Virus record (IMG/VR): IMGVR_UViG_3300008111_001458
Strand: one strand, 5' to 3'
Length of the DNA stretch: 41,951 nt
DNA from: a virus
Taxonomy: Duplodnaviria > Heunggongvirae > Uroviricota > Caudoviricetes
The translations under genes and the position numbers were made by a program. Under the pieces are notes generated by a model. That model was not told the origin of the DNA. It was given only the letters and a program-made list of their open reading frames with translations, and ran no database searches. This document shows, piece after piece, positions 23,194 to 32,945 of the stretch (its first letter is position 1; each line of letters begins with the position of its first letter).

Positions 23194-26193
23194 ATGCCTG
23201 ATATTGGGCGAGTTGCCGTAGCAGATGCTTTTAGACGCATCATCCTCCAACCAAATAATGTAACTATTTCAGCTGATGATGTTGATGACGGTTTAACTTT
23301 AACCGCGGGCAACTTCATTGAATTCGTGCCTAATGAAGCAGGCGACGCTATTCAAATAAATGCTAACTCTACTATTTCTGCTGCCTTTGAAGGCGGCAAT
23401 GTTCCCCTAGTAACAAACTTTCAAAACAGTCAGGCAGCTACTAATACTACTTCAGGTGCAGTGAGAATTACCGGAGGACTCGGAGTAGGTGGTGCGATAT
23501 ATGCTAGTAGTATACAGGCAACACCGGTTGGATCTGTAACAAAAGCCACAGGCGGATTTACCACACTGACTGCCACCGGAACAACTACATTAGAAGGCAC
23601 TGTTAACATTAACGGTCTTGATGTTACTACTACGATTAGTCCATTAGGAACTGGTTCCGTAGTAATCAATCCAGCCACTGCTGGTACTATTAATAATATG
23701 AGTATTGGAGCCAGTACAAGAGGAACTGGTGCATTTACTACACTAGCCGCTAATAGTACAACTACGCTAACTGGTGCAGTTGACATCAACGGCAGTAATG
23801 TCAACACTACAATTTCGCCTACAGGAACTGGTACCGTCACAATACAACCAGCTGGCGGGTTAACTGTTAATCCAACTACCGCTGGTAACATTAATAATAC
23901 AAACATTGGTGCAAGTACAAGAGGTACTGGTGCATTTACTACGTTAGATGCCAATTCAACTGTTGGTCTTAGTCCATCAAATGCCAATGTAACTATTAGT
24001 CCGACTGGTTCTGGTACTGTCACAATACAACCAGTGGGTGGTTTAACTATTAATCCAACTACCGCTGGTAATATCAATAATACAAATATCGGTGCAAGTA
24101 CAAGAGGAACTGGTGCGTTTACTACATTAGATGCCAATTCAACTGTTGGATTAAGTCCTTTAGATGCTAATGTGACCATTAGTCCAACTGGTACTGGAAC
24201 TGTTACAATTAATCCCACAACTGCCGGTAACATCAATAATATCAATATTGGTGCAAGTACTAGAGGTACTGGTGCATTTACTACATTAGGTGCCAATAGT
24301 ACTGCAACTTTCACCGGTGTTGTAACTTTTAATACAACTACCAATAATCAAAGTTATACAACGACTGGAGCAGGTACTATCACTGTAAGTTCCGGCACAG
24401 TTGGTTCTATTGACAATATGAATGTCGGTGCCTCAACTAGAGGAACTGGTGCATTTACTACCTTAGCTGCCAATAATGCTGTCACGCTTTCGGCAGGTGC
24501 TAATAATTCATCATTTACTACCACAGGTGCAGGCGTCCTAACAATTAGTTCTGGAACAGTTGGTTCTATTGACAATATGAATGTTGGAGCCTCAACTAGA
24601 GGTACTGGTGCATTTACTACTCTAGCTGCCAACAGCACAACAACTTTAACAGGAGCAGTCGATGTAAATGGTGCCAATGTTAATACAACATTGTCTCCGA
24701 CTGGTACTGGAACAGTTACAATACAACCAGCGGGTGGTTTAACTGTTAATCCAACTACTGCCGGTAACATTAATAATACAAACATCGGTGCAAGTACTAG
24801 AGGTACTGGTGCGTTTACTACATTGGGTGCAAATAGTACAATAAACATAGACACCACAACTAATAATCAAAGTTATACTACCACAGGTGCTGGTGCAATT
24901 ACCATGTCATCTGGGGCTACTGGTTCTATTAATAACATGACAGTTGGTGCTACGACCGCAGCCACAGGAAGATTTACAACTGTTGAATCCACTATAGCAG
25001 ATGGTACTGCACCATTTACAGTTGTATCAACTACCAAGGTTAACAATTTACAGGCCAATAGTGCCAGTAAGTTACACACAGCTAGAAACATTGGACTGTC
25101 TGGATTTATTACAGGAACTGCAAGTTTTGACGGAACACAAGACATAACCATAAGTACAACTTCCGGTCTTGATGTTATTACACTAGGGACCAGCACCGTT
25201 GGTCAGTATGCTATTACAGTCGGTGTTAGCGGTAGTGGTTTATCAGCAACTGCACCAAATGCTGCTGACGGAACATCTTATACTATTACGTCTAACGCTA
25301 CTTCTGCAAACACTGCTGGTACATTAGTATTTAGAGAAGCGGTAACTGGAAATTTTAGCGCAGGAACAATTAGTGCTGCTATCAATGCTTCAACAATATC
25401 TGCATCAAGTACAGTGACATTAGATCCAGCAAATGCTAACTTATCGTTAGCACCAACAGGGACTGGCACTGTTACTATCAACCCAGCTACCGCAGGTTCA
25501 ATTAATAGAATGAGTATTGGTGTTACAACTAGAGCAGCAGGTAATTTTACAACTCTTGAATCTAACGGACAGACCAGATTCACCGCAGGCTTTGCAAGTA
25601 CTAACACAACAACTGGAACATTAGTGGTAACTGGTGGAGTAGGAATCAGCGGAGCATTAAGAGTGGGCGGAGCAATTAATGGCTCTACCTCAATTAGTAC
25701 ATCTTCACTTAGTAGTAATACATATACTTTTTCCAGCGGTGTTGGCGGTGGATTAAGACAGGGCATCGCTGGATTCTCGGTTTTTGTCGATGCCTTCAGT
25801 CAATTTAATACTGATACTCAAACAGATTTTGATATCACTTCAGAATTATGGCCATTTAGTAACGGGTACAGCTTTGTAAGGATTAGTTGCATTGCCATAT
25901 ACGAAAATGATTTTGGTGCTCCGACAGCTAGAGCTAGATTGCATAAATCTTGGATCCAAGGACTTTGGTATAACGATGCAACCTCAACCTGGACTATTGA
26001 AGGTGCAGCGTTAGAACACGGTGCATTTAATACGGATTCTACTAACTTTCCAGCAGGAGCAGTTAATGCTGGAAAAGCATTAATTGTAGCTTCAGGATCT
26101 AGCGTAATATTAAGATTTATAAACAGAAACAGTCCATCAACTAGTTCATTAACTCGTTGGTCATGGAGAGCGGAGGTATTCTATGCTTGGTAA
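23194..26193 (+). CDS. Repetitive Thr/Gly-rich virion (tail fibre-like) protein
   Basis: Seven exact GASTRGTGAFTTL repeats; late-type promoter. Confidence 0.75.
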   Translation: MPDIGRVAVADAFRRIILQPNNVTISADDVDDGLTLTAGNFIEFVPNEAGDAIQINANSTISAAFEGGNVPLVTNFQNSQAATNTTSGAVRITGGLGVGGAIYASSIQATPVGSVTKATGGFTTLTATGTTTLEGTVNINGLDVTTTISPLGTGSVVINPATAGTINNMSIGASTRGTGAFTTLAANSTTTLTGAVDINGSNVNTTISPTGTGTVTIQPAGGLTVNPTTAGNINNTNIGASTRGTGAFTTLDANSTVGLSPSNANVTISPTGSGTVTIQPVGGLTINPTTAGNINNTNIGASTRGTGAFTTLDANSTVGLSPLDANVTISPTGTGTVTINPTTAGNINNINIGASTRGTGAFTTLGANSTATFTGVVTFNTTTNNQSYTTTGAGTITVSSGTVGSIDNMNVGASTRGTGAFTTLAANNAVTLSAGANNSSFTTTGAGVLTISSGTVGSIDNMNVGASTRGTGAFTTLAANSTTTLTGAVDVNGANVNTTLSPTGTGTVTIQPAGGLTVNPTTAGNINNTNIGASTRGTGAFTTLGANSTINIDTTTNNQSYTTTGAGAITMSSGATGSINNMTVGATTAATGRFTTVESTIADGTAPFTVVSTTKVNNLQANSASKLHTARNIGLSGFITGTASFDGTQDITISTTSGLDVITLGTSTVGQYAITVGVSGSGLSATAPNAADGTSYTITSNATSANTAGTLVFREAVTGNFSAGTISAAINASTISASSTVTLDPANANLSLAPTGTGTVTINPATAGSINRMSIGVTTRAAGNFTTLESNGQTRFTAGFASTNTTTGTLVVTGGVGISGALRVGGAINGSTSISTSSLSSNTYTFSSGVGGGLRQGIAGFSVFVDAFSQFNTDTQTDFDITSELWPFSNGYSFVRISCIAIYENDFGAPTARARLHKSWIQGLWYNDATSTWTIEGAALEHGAFNTDSTNFPAGAVNAGKALIVASGSSVILRFINRNSPSTSSLTRWSWRAEVFYAW

Positions 26194-26443
26194 TAAAAAA
26201 GATTTATTGTTTAGAACTAATCAAAATATAAACGGAAAATCTATTGAAATAAGAAAATACAGTGAACGCACTGAAATTTATGTAATAAATCCTCTAGATC
26301 CAGGACACAAAATTTTAAAATCATTTGATCATTTTGAAAATCTTACAGAAGAAAATTGTGTGCAGATTCTTTCTGCAGATCAGCAGGTTTTAGAATTTGT
26401 TAACAAAGAACACACTTCTTTTAACACGCCCAATCCTGAATAA
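26183..26443 (+). CDS. Hypothetical protein
   Basis: Overlaps the upstream stop. Confidence 0.55.
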   Translation: MLGNKKDLLFRTNQNINGKSIEIRKYSERTEIYVINPLDPGHKILKSFDHFENLTEENCVQILSADQQVLEFVNKEHTSFNTPNPE

Positions 26444-26468
26444 AATATAGGTAGATAAATATTAAATC

Positions 26469-27611
26469 ATGAACAAAACTACCGTAGATCAAGCATTAGA
26501 ATTACTGGGCACAGCCATAAAATCACAGGCTGCAGCCAATGTAAACGTTGAACATTTTCTTCAAAATCTTCCAAAACGTTCCCTGAGTGGGGACCATATT
26601 AATGGAGGCAAGATTGTTAATTTTGCCAGCACTGGTATCGCTGATCGTGCTACAAAAACTCAGCTAACTATTACAGATCAAGAAATTGCAGTTGATAATC
26701 TACGTGTAAACACAGTCAAAGATAATCTTGCTGTAGAAGGTAACATCACTGCTCAAAGTATGGAAGTGGCTGGTTTGCTCAAAGCAGGACTATTACAAGT
26801 TGACGAAATTAGAGCCGATGTAAAATTAGAAAAGTTCAGTCCTTTAGAGTTTAAATCAACATCAGAGGACACATACTACGGTAAAGGTATTATTTGGACT
26901 GGTGGTAAAATTACCAAACAGTTTGTTATGAGTGCTAATCCAGATCGTTTATTTTCCACAGAAAATTTAGACTTGGCAAAAGATCGTCACTTGTCTATAA
27001 ACAATGTGACTGTACTAAACGAAAACGAACTAGGACCTAGTGTTACTAAAAGTAACATTAAAGAATTAGGTAGACTAAGAGGATTAACAGTAGATGGAGA
27101 CATTATTGTTAATCAATACATGTTCTATGATTCAATCAGTGATAGATTAGGACTAGGCACCGATACTCCTCATGCTGCACTTAGCGTAGCAGAAGATGCC
27201 ATAGAAGTAGTGTTAGGCACCAGAGAAAGTTCCAGAGGTATGGTTGGAACTTATGCCAGCTTACCTTTTGATATTGTTACTGATAACAGACCAAGAATCA
27301 GCGTAGAGCAAAATGGCGATATTAAATTAGGCAATACTACACAGGCGCCTGTGCAAATTTCAGTGCATGGAAAATTAGCTATCAAAGTTAAAAATCCAGA
27401 TCCTGAAGTAGATTTGCATGTAGCTGGTCCAATTAGATATCACGGACATATTCATATGTATGGTGAAGTTGCACCATCAGCAGGCGAATATGTCAAGGGC
27501 GATGTTGTTTGGAATACTAATCCACAAGTTGGATCACATGCTGGTTGGATCTGCACTGCCAGTGGTAACCCCGGTCGTTGGGCTGCATTTGGAGCAATAG
27601 TTAACGTATGA
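26469..27611 (+). CDS. Putative virion structural protein (paralog 1)
   Basis: ATAAATA at 26455-26461; C-terminal GDVVWN...GWICT...G.W motif seen in tail fibre/spike proteins. Confidence 0.7.
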   Translation: MNKTTVDQALELLGTAIKSQAAANVNVEHFLQNLPKRSLSGDHINGGKIVNFASTGIADRATKTQLTITDQEIAVDNLRVNTVKDNLAVEGNITAQSMEVAGLLKAGLLQVDEIRADVKLEKFSPLEFKSTSEDTYYGKGIIWTGGKITKQFVMSANPDRLFSTENLDLAKDRHLSINNVTVLNENELGPSVTKSNIKELGRLRGLTVDGDIIVNQYMFYDSISDRLGLGTDTPHAALSVAEDAIEVVLGTRESSRGMVGTYASLPFDIVTDNRPRISVEQNGDIKLGNTTQAPVQISVHGKLAIKVKNPDPEVDLHVAGPIRYHGHIHMYGEVAPSAGEYVKGDVVWNTNPQVGSHAGWICTASGNPGRWAAFGAIVNV

Positions 27612-28477
27612 GCAATGTAGATCAAAAAATTACCGCAGTCACTGACGCACTGAAATTATTACTACAAGAAGAATTTCAAGAAGTCAGTCTGGTCAATATA
27701 CAGCATGTGGAATTCAAAGCAGGCAAGGAAGGCACTGTTGTAGGCAAAGGGTTACTTTGGACTGGCAATGGTCTGGTAACTAAACAATTTGTTGCTACCA
27801 CAGGTCCAGATAGATTTTTCAGTACTGATTCAATTGACCTAGGCAAAGATAAAAATTTTAGTATTAACAACGTTCCTGTATTAAATGAAAAAGAATTAGG
27901 ACCAACTGTAACAAAAAGTAATTTAAAAGAAGTTGGTAGATTAAAAGGATTAATTGTTGATGGCGATCTACAAATTAATCAATACTTGTTTTACGATAGT
28001 TCATCAGACAGATTAGGCCTTGGAACAGATGCTCCTAATGCCATGTTCAGTATTTTAGAAAATGGTGTTGAAGTAATGTTAGGAACCACTGAACATAGTA
28101 GAGGAGCTGTGGGTACATATGCTGCCAACGACTTTGATATTGTTACTGATAATACTGCAAGAATTTCAGTAAGCGGCAGCGGAGACATTGAATTAGGAAA
28201 TAAAAACTTTGGACCCAGCAAAGTAACTGTTAATGGTAAATTAGGGATCAATGTTTCCCAAGTAGATCCTAGAGCAGAATTACAGGTCAGTGGTGCTATA
28301 AAATTCAATAACACACTACATCTACGCGGCACTGAACCTCCTAGTGGCGGCAATCATTCAGTAGGTGACATTGTTTGGAATTCACAACCAGCAATCAACA
28401 GCTTTATTGGTTGGGTATGTGTTCAATCCGGCATTCCTGGTCAATGGCTACCGTTTGGACAAATTCAACCATCATAA
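27608..28477 (+). CDS. Putative virion structural protein (paralog 2)
   Basis: Shares NE.ELGP.VTKSN.KE.GRL.GL.VDGD and C-terminal motifs with paralog 1. Confidence 0.7.
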   Translation: MSNVDQKITAVTDALKLLLQEEFQEVSLVNIQHVEFKAGKEGTVVGKGLLWTGNGLVTKQFVATTGPDRFFSTDSIDLGKDKNFSINNVPVLNEKELGPTVTKSNLKEVGRLKGLIVDGDLQINQYLFYDSSSDRLGLGTDAPNAMFSILENGVEVMLGTTEHSRGAVGTYAANDFDIVTDNTARISVSGSGDIELGNKNFGPSKVTVNGKLGINVSQVDPRAELQVSGAIKFNNTLHLRGTEPPSGGNHSVGDIVWNSQPAINSFIGWVCVQSGIPGQWLPFGQIQPS

Positions 28478-29074
28478 ATGCAGTCTCTAGTAATTGGCAA
28501 TGGCGAAAGCCGTAAATCTATAGATATCAGTAAAATTAACTGTGTCAAATATGGATGTAATGCTATACATAGAGATCTACATGTTGATCATTTAATCTGT
28601 GTTGACAGTAGAATGGTCGATGAAGCATTAAGATCCCAGTTGTTAATTTATACTAGACACAATTGGATTAATCAATATCAACAGCATTCACATGTGCGAC
28701 TAGTACCAGATTTACCATATAAAGGTAATGCAAGGCCCGACGATCCATGGCATTGGGGTAGTGGTCCATATGCTGTGTTGTTGGCTACTAATAGACACGA
28801 TGAAATTAATCTAATAGGGTTTGATCTTTACAGCAAAGACGGATTAGTTAATAATGTCTATAAAGACACTAAAAATTATCTTACTGCGGATAAACCCAAA
28901 GTAGATCCCAGTTATTGGGTTTATCAAATAGGTCGTGTGTTTGAATGCAATCCAAAGAAAACATTTAAAATTTACAATGAAGATGAATGGCAATTGCCTA
29001 GAGAGTGGCAATTGCCCAATGTCAGTAAAGAAAATTTACAGGGTCTTGCAAACTTCATAAATAGTTCTGTATAA
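28478..29074 (+). CDS. Hypothetical protein, possibly DUF115/MptE- or sialyltransferase-like Rossmann fold
   Basis: VIGNGESR...YGCNA...GFD motifs. Confidence 0.55.
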   Translation: MQSLVIGNGESRKSIDISKINCVKYGCNAIHRDLHVDHLICVDSRMVDEALRSQLLIYTRHNWINQYQQHSHVRLVPDLPYKGNARPDDPWHWGSGPYAVLLATNRHDEINLIGFDLYSKDGLVNNVYKDTKNYLTADKPKVDPSYWVYQIGRVFECNPKKTFKIYNEDEWQLPREWQLPNVSKENLQGLANFINSSV

Positions 29075-29075
29075 T
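29046..29075 (+). promoter_or_regulatory. Sigma70-type promoter for the queD operon
   Basis: TTGCAA(29046-29051)-18-TATAAT(29070-29075). Confidence 0.6.
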
Positions 29076-29082
29076 AACACAC

Positions 29083-29129
29083 AGCGGTCTTCAATGGCAT
29101 TCACCCCGCTTTATAAATTCTGCATGTCA
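29083..29129 (+). promoter_or_regulatory. Riboswitch-like H-type pseudoknot in the queD leader
   Basis: AGCGG/CCGCT stem, UUAUAAA linker, loop TGGCAT pairs with ATGTCA. Confidence 0.5.
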
Positions 29130-29163
29130 TCAAACTTGCTCATTTTTCATAAGGAGACTAGAG

Positions 29164-29730
29164 ATGGCAAATTATCTTTCAACAAAAACATATGGCAACG
29201 ACAGAGGTCTTAGTTGCTGTTTTAGACAATGGCGTTCAACGCACAGTCATTGTTCATTAATCCACGGATATAGTATTGGAATCAAACTTGTTTTCGAATC
29301 TGAAACTTTAGATGATCGCAATTGGGTCATGGACTTTGGTGGACTCAAAGCATTCAAAGAATGGTCAGAATGGCAATTTGATCACACTCTGGTGGTTGCT
29401 AACGATGACCCCCACTTAAGCTTTTTTAGGCAAATGAGTCACTTGGGAGATCCTCCTGTATCAGGAACAGGATCAATTGTAAATGTTAAACCTCATGAAC
29501 GTAAGGCTTTGTGCGATCTTAGAATTGTAGATGGGGTTGGCTGCGAAAAGTTTGCAGAACTGGTATATCGTACAATGAACGAAATTTTAGAAGCATATCA
29601 AGAAGGAAGAGGATGGACACATCCTGATGGTCGTGTGTTTGAAGCACGTTATCCTGTTGGACAAGGTGTACGTCTTCGTTCAGCAGAAGTATTTGAACAC
29701 GCAGGAAATTCAGCTGTATACGAAGGATGA
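29164..29730 (+). CDS. queD: 6-pyruvoyl-tetrahydropterin synthase family (QueD-like)
   Basis: HCSLIHGY, DFGGLK, FDHT motifs; AAGGAG RBS. Confidence 0.85.
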   Translation: MANYLSTKTYGNDRGLSCCFRQWRSTHSHCSLIHGYSIGIKLVFESETLDDRNWVMDFGGLKAFKEWSEWQFDHTLVVANDDPHLSFFRQMSHLGDPPVSGTGSIVNVKPHERKALCDLRIVDGVGCEKFAELVYRTMNEILEAYQEGRGWTHPDGRVFEARYPVGQGVRLRSAEVFEHAGNSAVYEG

Positions 29731-29918
29731 ATAGTTTAGAAAAAATATGGGCTCGGGCAACTGGGCATCTAATGGGACAAACAGACGAAGATCGTCCGGA
29801 TGTTCCAATTCTTACTGTACGTGAAGCGAGGATCGCATTGTTTCTCAAAACTTTTTGGGTTATAATTCATGTGGTAACCTGTTTGTTTATTATAGCCAAC
29901 GTAATTAGACACTGGTAA
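29727..29918 (+). CDS. Small membrane protein
   Basis: C-terminal hydrophobic helix. Confidence 0.7.
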   Translation: MNSLEKIWARATGHLMGQTDEDRPDVPILTVREARIALFLKTFWVIIHVVTCLFIIANVIRHW

Positions 29919-30613
29919 TGTTAAACGTAATCTGTCTCAAGCATGGTACAAAATACGGTGCCAACTACGTAAACAATCTTTACAGTATGATACAACGGCA
30001 TCTAACTGTGCCGCACAATTTTATCTGTTTTACAGATGACCCTACAGACTTTAATCCTAGTATCAGTGTAAGAATACTGCCAAACAATCCTGTTCAAGGT
30101 TGGTGGTGGAAACCTTACATTTTTAAACGCGGCCATTTTTACAAGGAAGATATCAACTTATTTTTTGATCTAGATATGGTCATTGTAAGGAACATTGATC
30201 ATTTTGTAAATTATAATTCTGGTAAATTTGTAGGACTTGAGGATGTTGGTCGCATATGGGGAACAAGACCTCCAAAACTAGGAAGTGCCGTGTTAAGATG
30301 GCAAGGTGATCACTACGAACATTTGTGGAATAATATAGAACAAGATCCTGGTATCTGTAAAAAATTTCACGGAGATCAAGATTATATCTGGAGTGTATGT
30401 AGAGAACAAATTGAATTCTTTCCTGCAGATTGGATACGCAGTTATAAATGGGAAATAAGAAAGCACGAAGAATTGGTTAGGCAAGGCAGCGGCTATAACT
30501 TTAAAAATATTGCCAATCCAATTATTCCTACAGAAACTTCTGTACTGGCATTCCACGGTACTCCTAATCCCCATGAAGTAATGGATCCTGTAATTGTTGA
30601 CAATTGGCGGTAA
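29918..30613 (+). CDS. GT-A fold glycosyltransferase-like protein
   Basis: FICFTDD, FFDLD (DxD), GDQD motifs. Confidence 0.7.
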   Translation: MLNVICLKHGTKYGANYVNNLYSMIQRHLTVPHNFICFTDDPTDFNPSISVRILPNNPVQGWWWKPYIFKRGHFYKEDINLFFDLDMVIVRNIDHFVNYNSGKFVGLEDVGRIWGTRPPKLGSAVLRWQGDHYEHLWNNIEQDPGICKKFHGDQDYIWSVCREQIEFFPADWIRSYKWEIRKHEELVRQGSGYNFKNIANPIIPTETSVLAFHGTPNPHEVMDPVIVDNWR

Positions 30614-30631
30614 TGAGTATACAATTACTGC

Positions 30632-31657
30632 ATGACTAAACGTATAGGTTTTGCCTGCAAGTGGATTGATTCTCCTACACAAGTAGATGGGATCAAACCC
30701 AAAGATGATTGTAAAAAATACAATACCGGTAGTACTACCGTAGCCTGGTTAAATAGACAGACTAAAGACGTGGCTACTGAAAAACTCTGGTCCCTTATGG
30801 AACAGAACATTGAATCGTGCCGCTTACTTGTACAACGAGTAGGAGAATTAGATGAAGATCTTAGAATGGTACGACTCAGTAGCGATATCCTTCCTGTGTA
30901 CACTGAGCCAACTTGGAGTTGGTTTTGGCGGACTCCCGATGTCCGAGCCTATTGCGAAACAGCATTTCGAACCGTGGGCGAAGTGGCCCGCAAGAATAAT
31001 GTTAGGCTTAGTTTTCATCCTGGTCAGTTTACTGTGCTGGCATCTGAGTCAGACGATATTGTAAATCGTTCAATAGAGGAATTTGAATATCATGTGGACA
31101 TGGCTCGCTGGATGGAATATGGTAAAACGTTTCAAGACTTTAAAATCAACGTTCATATCGCGGGTAGACGAGGCCCCGATGGAATTCGTGCTGCGTTACT
31201 TCGGTTAACTCCAGAAGCACGTAATACTATTACTATTGAAAATGAAGAAAATGCATGGGGGTTAGATGACTGTCTTAGTATTTCTGATGTTGTTCCTATT
31301 GTGCTTGACATACATCATCACTGGTGTCGTGAAGGTGAGTATATTGCTCCAGCAGATGCCAGCGTCAAAAAGGTCATCGATAGTTGGCGCGGTGTTCGTC
31401 CTGCTATGCACTATTCCGTTAGCCGTGAAGATATTCTTGTTGGACACACAAGAGATCAATTCCCAATCATGGAATCTTTACTTTCAAGTGGGTATAAAAA
31501 AGCAAAACTCAGAGCACATTCAGACTTCTACTGGAATACAGCAGTGAATGAATGGGCACTGAGTTTTAGGGAAAACTTCGACATCATGTGCGAGAGCAAA
31601 GCTAAAAATTTAGCATCGTTCGCACTCTACGAAGAAGCTAAAAGATTAGGCCTTTGA
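30632..31657 (+). CDS. uvsE: UV-damage endonuclease
   Basis: RIGFACK, RLSSD, SFHPGQF, TIENEE, LDIHHH motifs. Confidence 0.9.
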   Translation: MTKRIGFACKWIDSPTQVDGIKPKDDCKKYNTGSTTVAWLNRQTKDVATEKLWSLMEQNIESCRLLVQRVGELDEDLRMVRLSSDILPVYTEPTWSWFWRTPDVRAYCETAFRTVGEVARKNNVRLSFHPGQFTVLASESDDIVNRSIEEFEYHVDMARWMEYGKTFQDFKINVHIAGRRGPDGIRAALLRLTPEARNTITIENEENAWGLDDCLSISDVVPIVLDIHHHWCREGEYIAPADASVKKVIDSWRGVRPAMHYSVSREDILVGHTRDQFPIMESLLSSGYKKAKLRAHSDFYWNTAVNEWALSFRENFDIMCESKAKNLASFALYEEAKRLGL

Positions 31658-31951
31658 TTTAGGGGTACGACCAGCTGATTTCTTAACAGTTTCTTTAGCC
31701 TTGGCTGTTGTCTTTTTGGCAACTGTCTTGGCTTTTTCTTTTACAACTGCTACATCAGCAGAATCAACCTTGCCATCCTTGTTAACATCGGCAGTGGCTT
31801 TTACACCTTCTACCACATTTTGGACAGCGGCCTTAGCATCAGCAGCATCTACTTTACCATCATTGTTTACGTCTAAGCCCTTAGAGCTACGATTGTAATA
31901 AATGAAAGCACCTAGTGCTACTACAACTACTGCGAAAAGTACGATTTCCAT
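31646..31951 (-). CDS. Membrane-anchored protein with two EF-hand/dockerin-like loops and a Lys-rich tail
   Basis: N-terminal TM, DVNNDGKVDAAD and DVNKDGKVDSAD; TATAAATA (complement of 31972-31979) and AAGGAG RBS. Confidence 0.75.
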   Translation of the reverse strand: MEIVLFAVVVVALGAFIYYNRSSKGLDVNNDGKVDAADAKAAVQNVVEGVKATADVNKDGKVDSADVAVVKEKAKTVAKKTTAKAKETVKKSAGRTPKSKA

Positions 31952-31993
31952 GGTTAAATCTCCTTGTGGTTTATTTATACGGTAAATATAGAC

Positions 31994-32548
31994 ATGCTAC
32001 ATTTTATTAAAAGTTTACAAGAATCTAAAGATCGAAGAGAAATTTACCAAGACAAACTTAAATTTGGTAAAGATGAGCTTGCACCTGTGATGAGCGAAGA
32101 TACTGTAAAGTATCACTACGACGGGCTAGCAGCAAAATATTCAGAGAGATATAATAAAGGAGAAGGTGATGCTGACTTTAACTACGGCGGCGCTGTTTTA
32201 CATAATTTGTTTTTTGGCAATCTGGCCCCTCCCAGAGCTGCAAACAAACCAGAAGGAATTAGTAAAACCTTAATAGAAGAAAAATACAGTAGTTTTGACA
32301 AGTTTAAAGAAGCAGTTGAAAAAGAGTTCATGGCAGCACAAGGATCTAATTGGATCTATATGGACACTGACGGTGAACTACATACTATTCATAATCACGA
32401 ATACCGTAAAGGTATGAAAATTGCACTGTTAATAGATGCTTGGGAACATGCTTGGGCTCTTGACTATCAGCAGGATAAAGCCAAATATCTATCAAATATT
32501 TGGAGAATCATTAACTGGGATGTTGTTGATATTAGATTAGGAGTTTAA
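31994..32548 (+). CDS. sod: Fe/Mn superoxide dismutase family protein
   Basis: KYHY, GGAVLHNLFF, DAWEHA metal-ligand motifs; ATG 31994. Confidence 0.85.
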   Translation: MLHFIKSLQESKDRREIYQDKLKFGKDELAPVMSEDTVKYHYDGLAAKYSERYNKGEGDADFNYGGAVLHNLFFGNLAPPRAANKPEGISKTLIEEKYSSFDKFKEAVEKEFMAAQGSNWIYMDTDGELHTIHNHEYRKGMKIALLIDAWEHAWALDYQQDKAKYLSNIWRIINWDVVDIRLGV

Positions 32549-32549
32549 T

Positions 32550-32945
32550 ATGGCATATTCAGATAAAGTCATAGATCATTATGAAAATCCACGCAATGTG
32601 GGCAAGTTTGATATTGACGAAACTATTGGCACAGGTATGGTTGGAGCCCCTGCTTGTGGCGACGTAATGAAGTTACAAATTAAAGTAGAAAATGGAGTAA
32701 TAACTGATGCCAAATTCAAAACATACGGATGCGGATCAGCAATTGCAAGCTCGAGCCTTGTCACAGAATGGGTCAAGGGCAAATCGCTTGACGAAGCGAG
32801 AGAGATTACTAATTCAAGTATTGCTGAAGAACTTGCCCTTCCACCGGTTAAAATACATTGTTCAATACTTGCAGAAGATGCTATAAAAGCAGCCATAGAA
32901 GATTATAAGAAAAAACATGATATCACTAACTCCGTTAGCAGCTAA
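32550..32945 (+). CDS. iscU: Fe-S cluster scaffold
   Basis: MAYSDKVIDHYENPRNVG, GAPACGD, TYGCGSA, LPPVKIHC. Confidence 0.95.
   Translation: MAYSDKVIDHYENPRNVGKFDIDETIGTGMVGAPACGDVMKLQIKVENGVITDAKFKTYGCGSAIASSSLVTEWVKGKSLDEAREITNSSIAEELALPPVKIHCSILAEDAIKAAIEDYKKKHDITNSVSS

Noticed and set aside
23430-25766. Long minus-strand Val/Pro-rich ORFs
   Set aside because: Antisense shadows of the repetitive Thr/Gly-rich gene.
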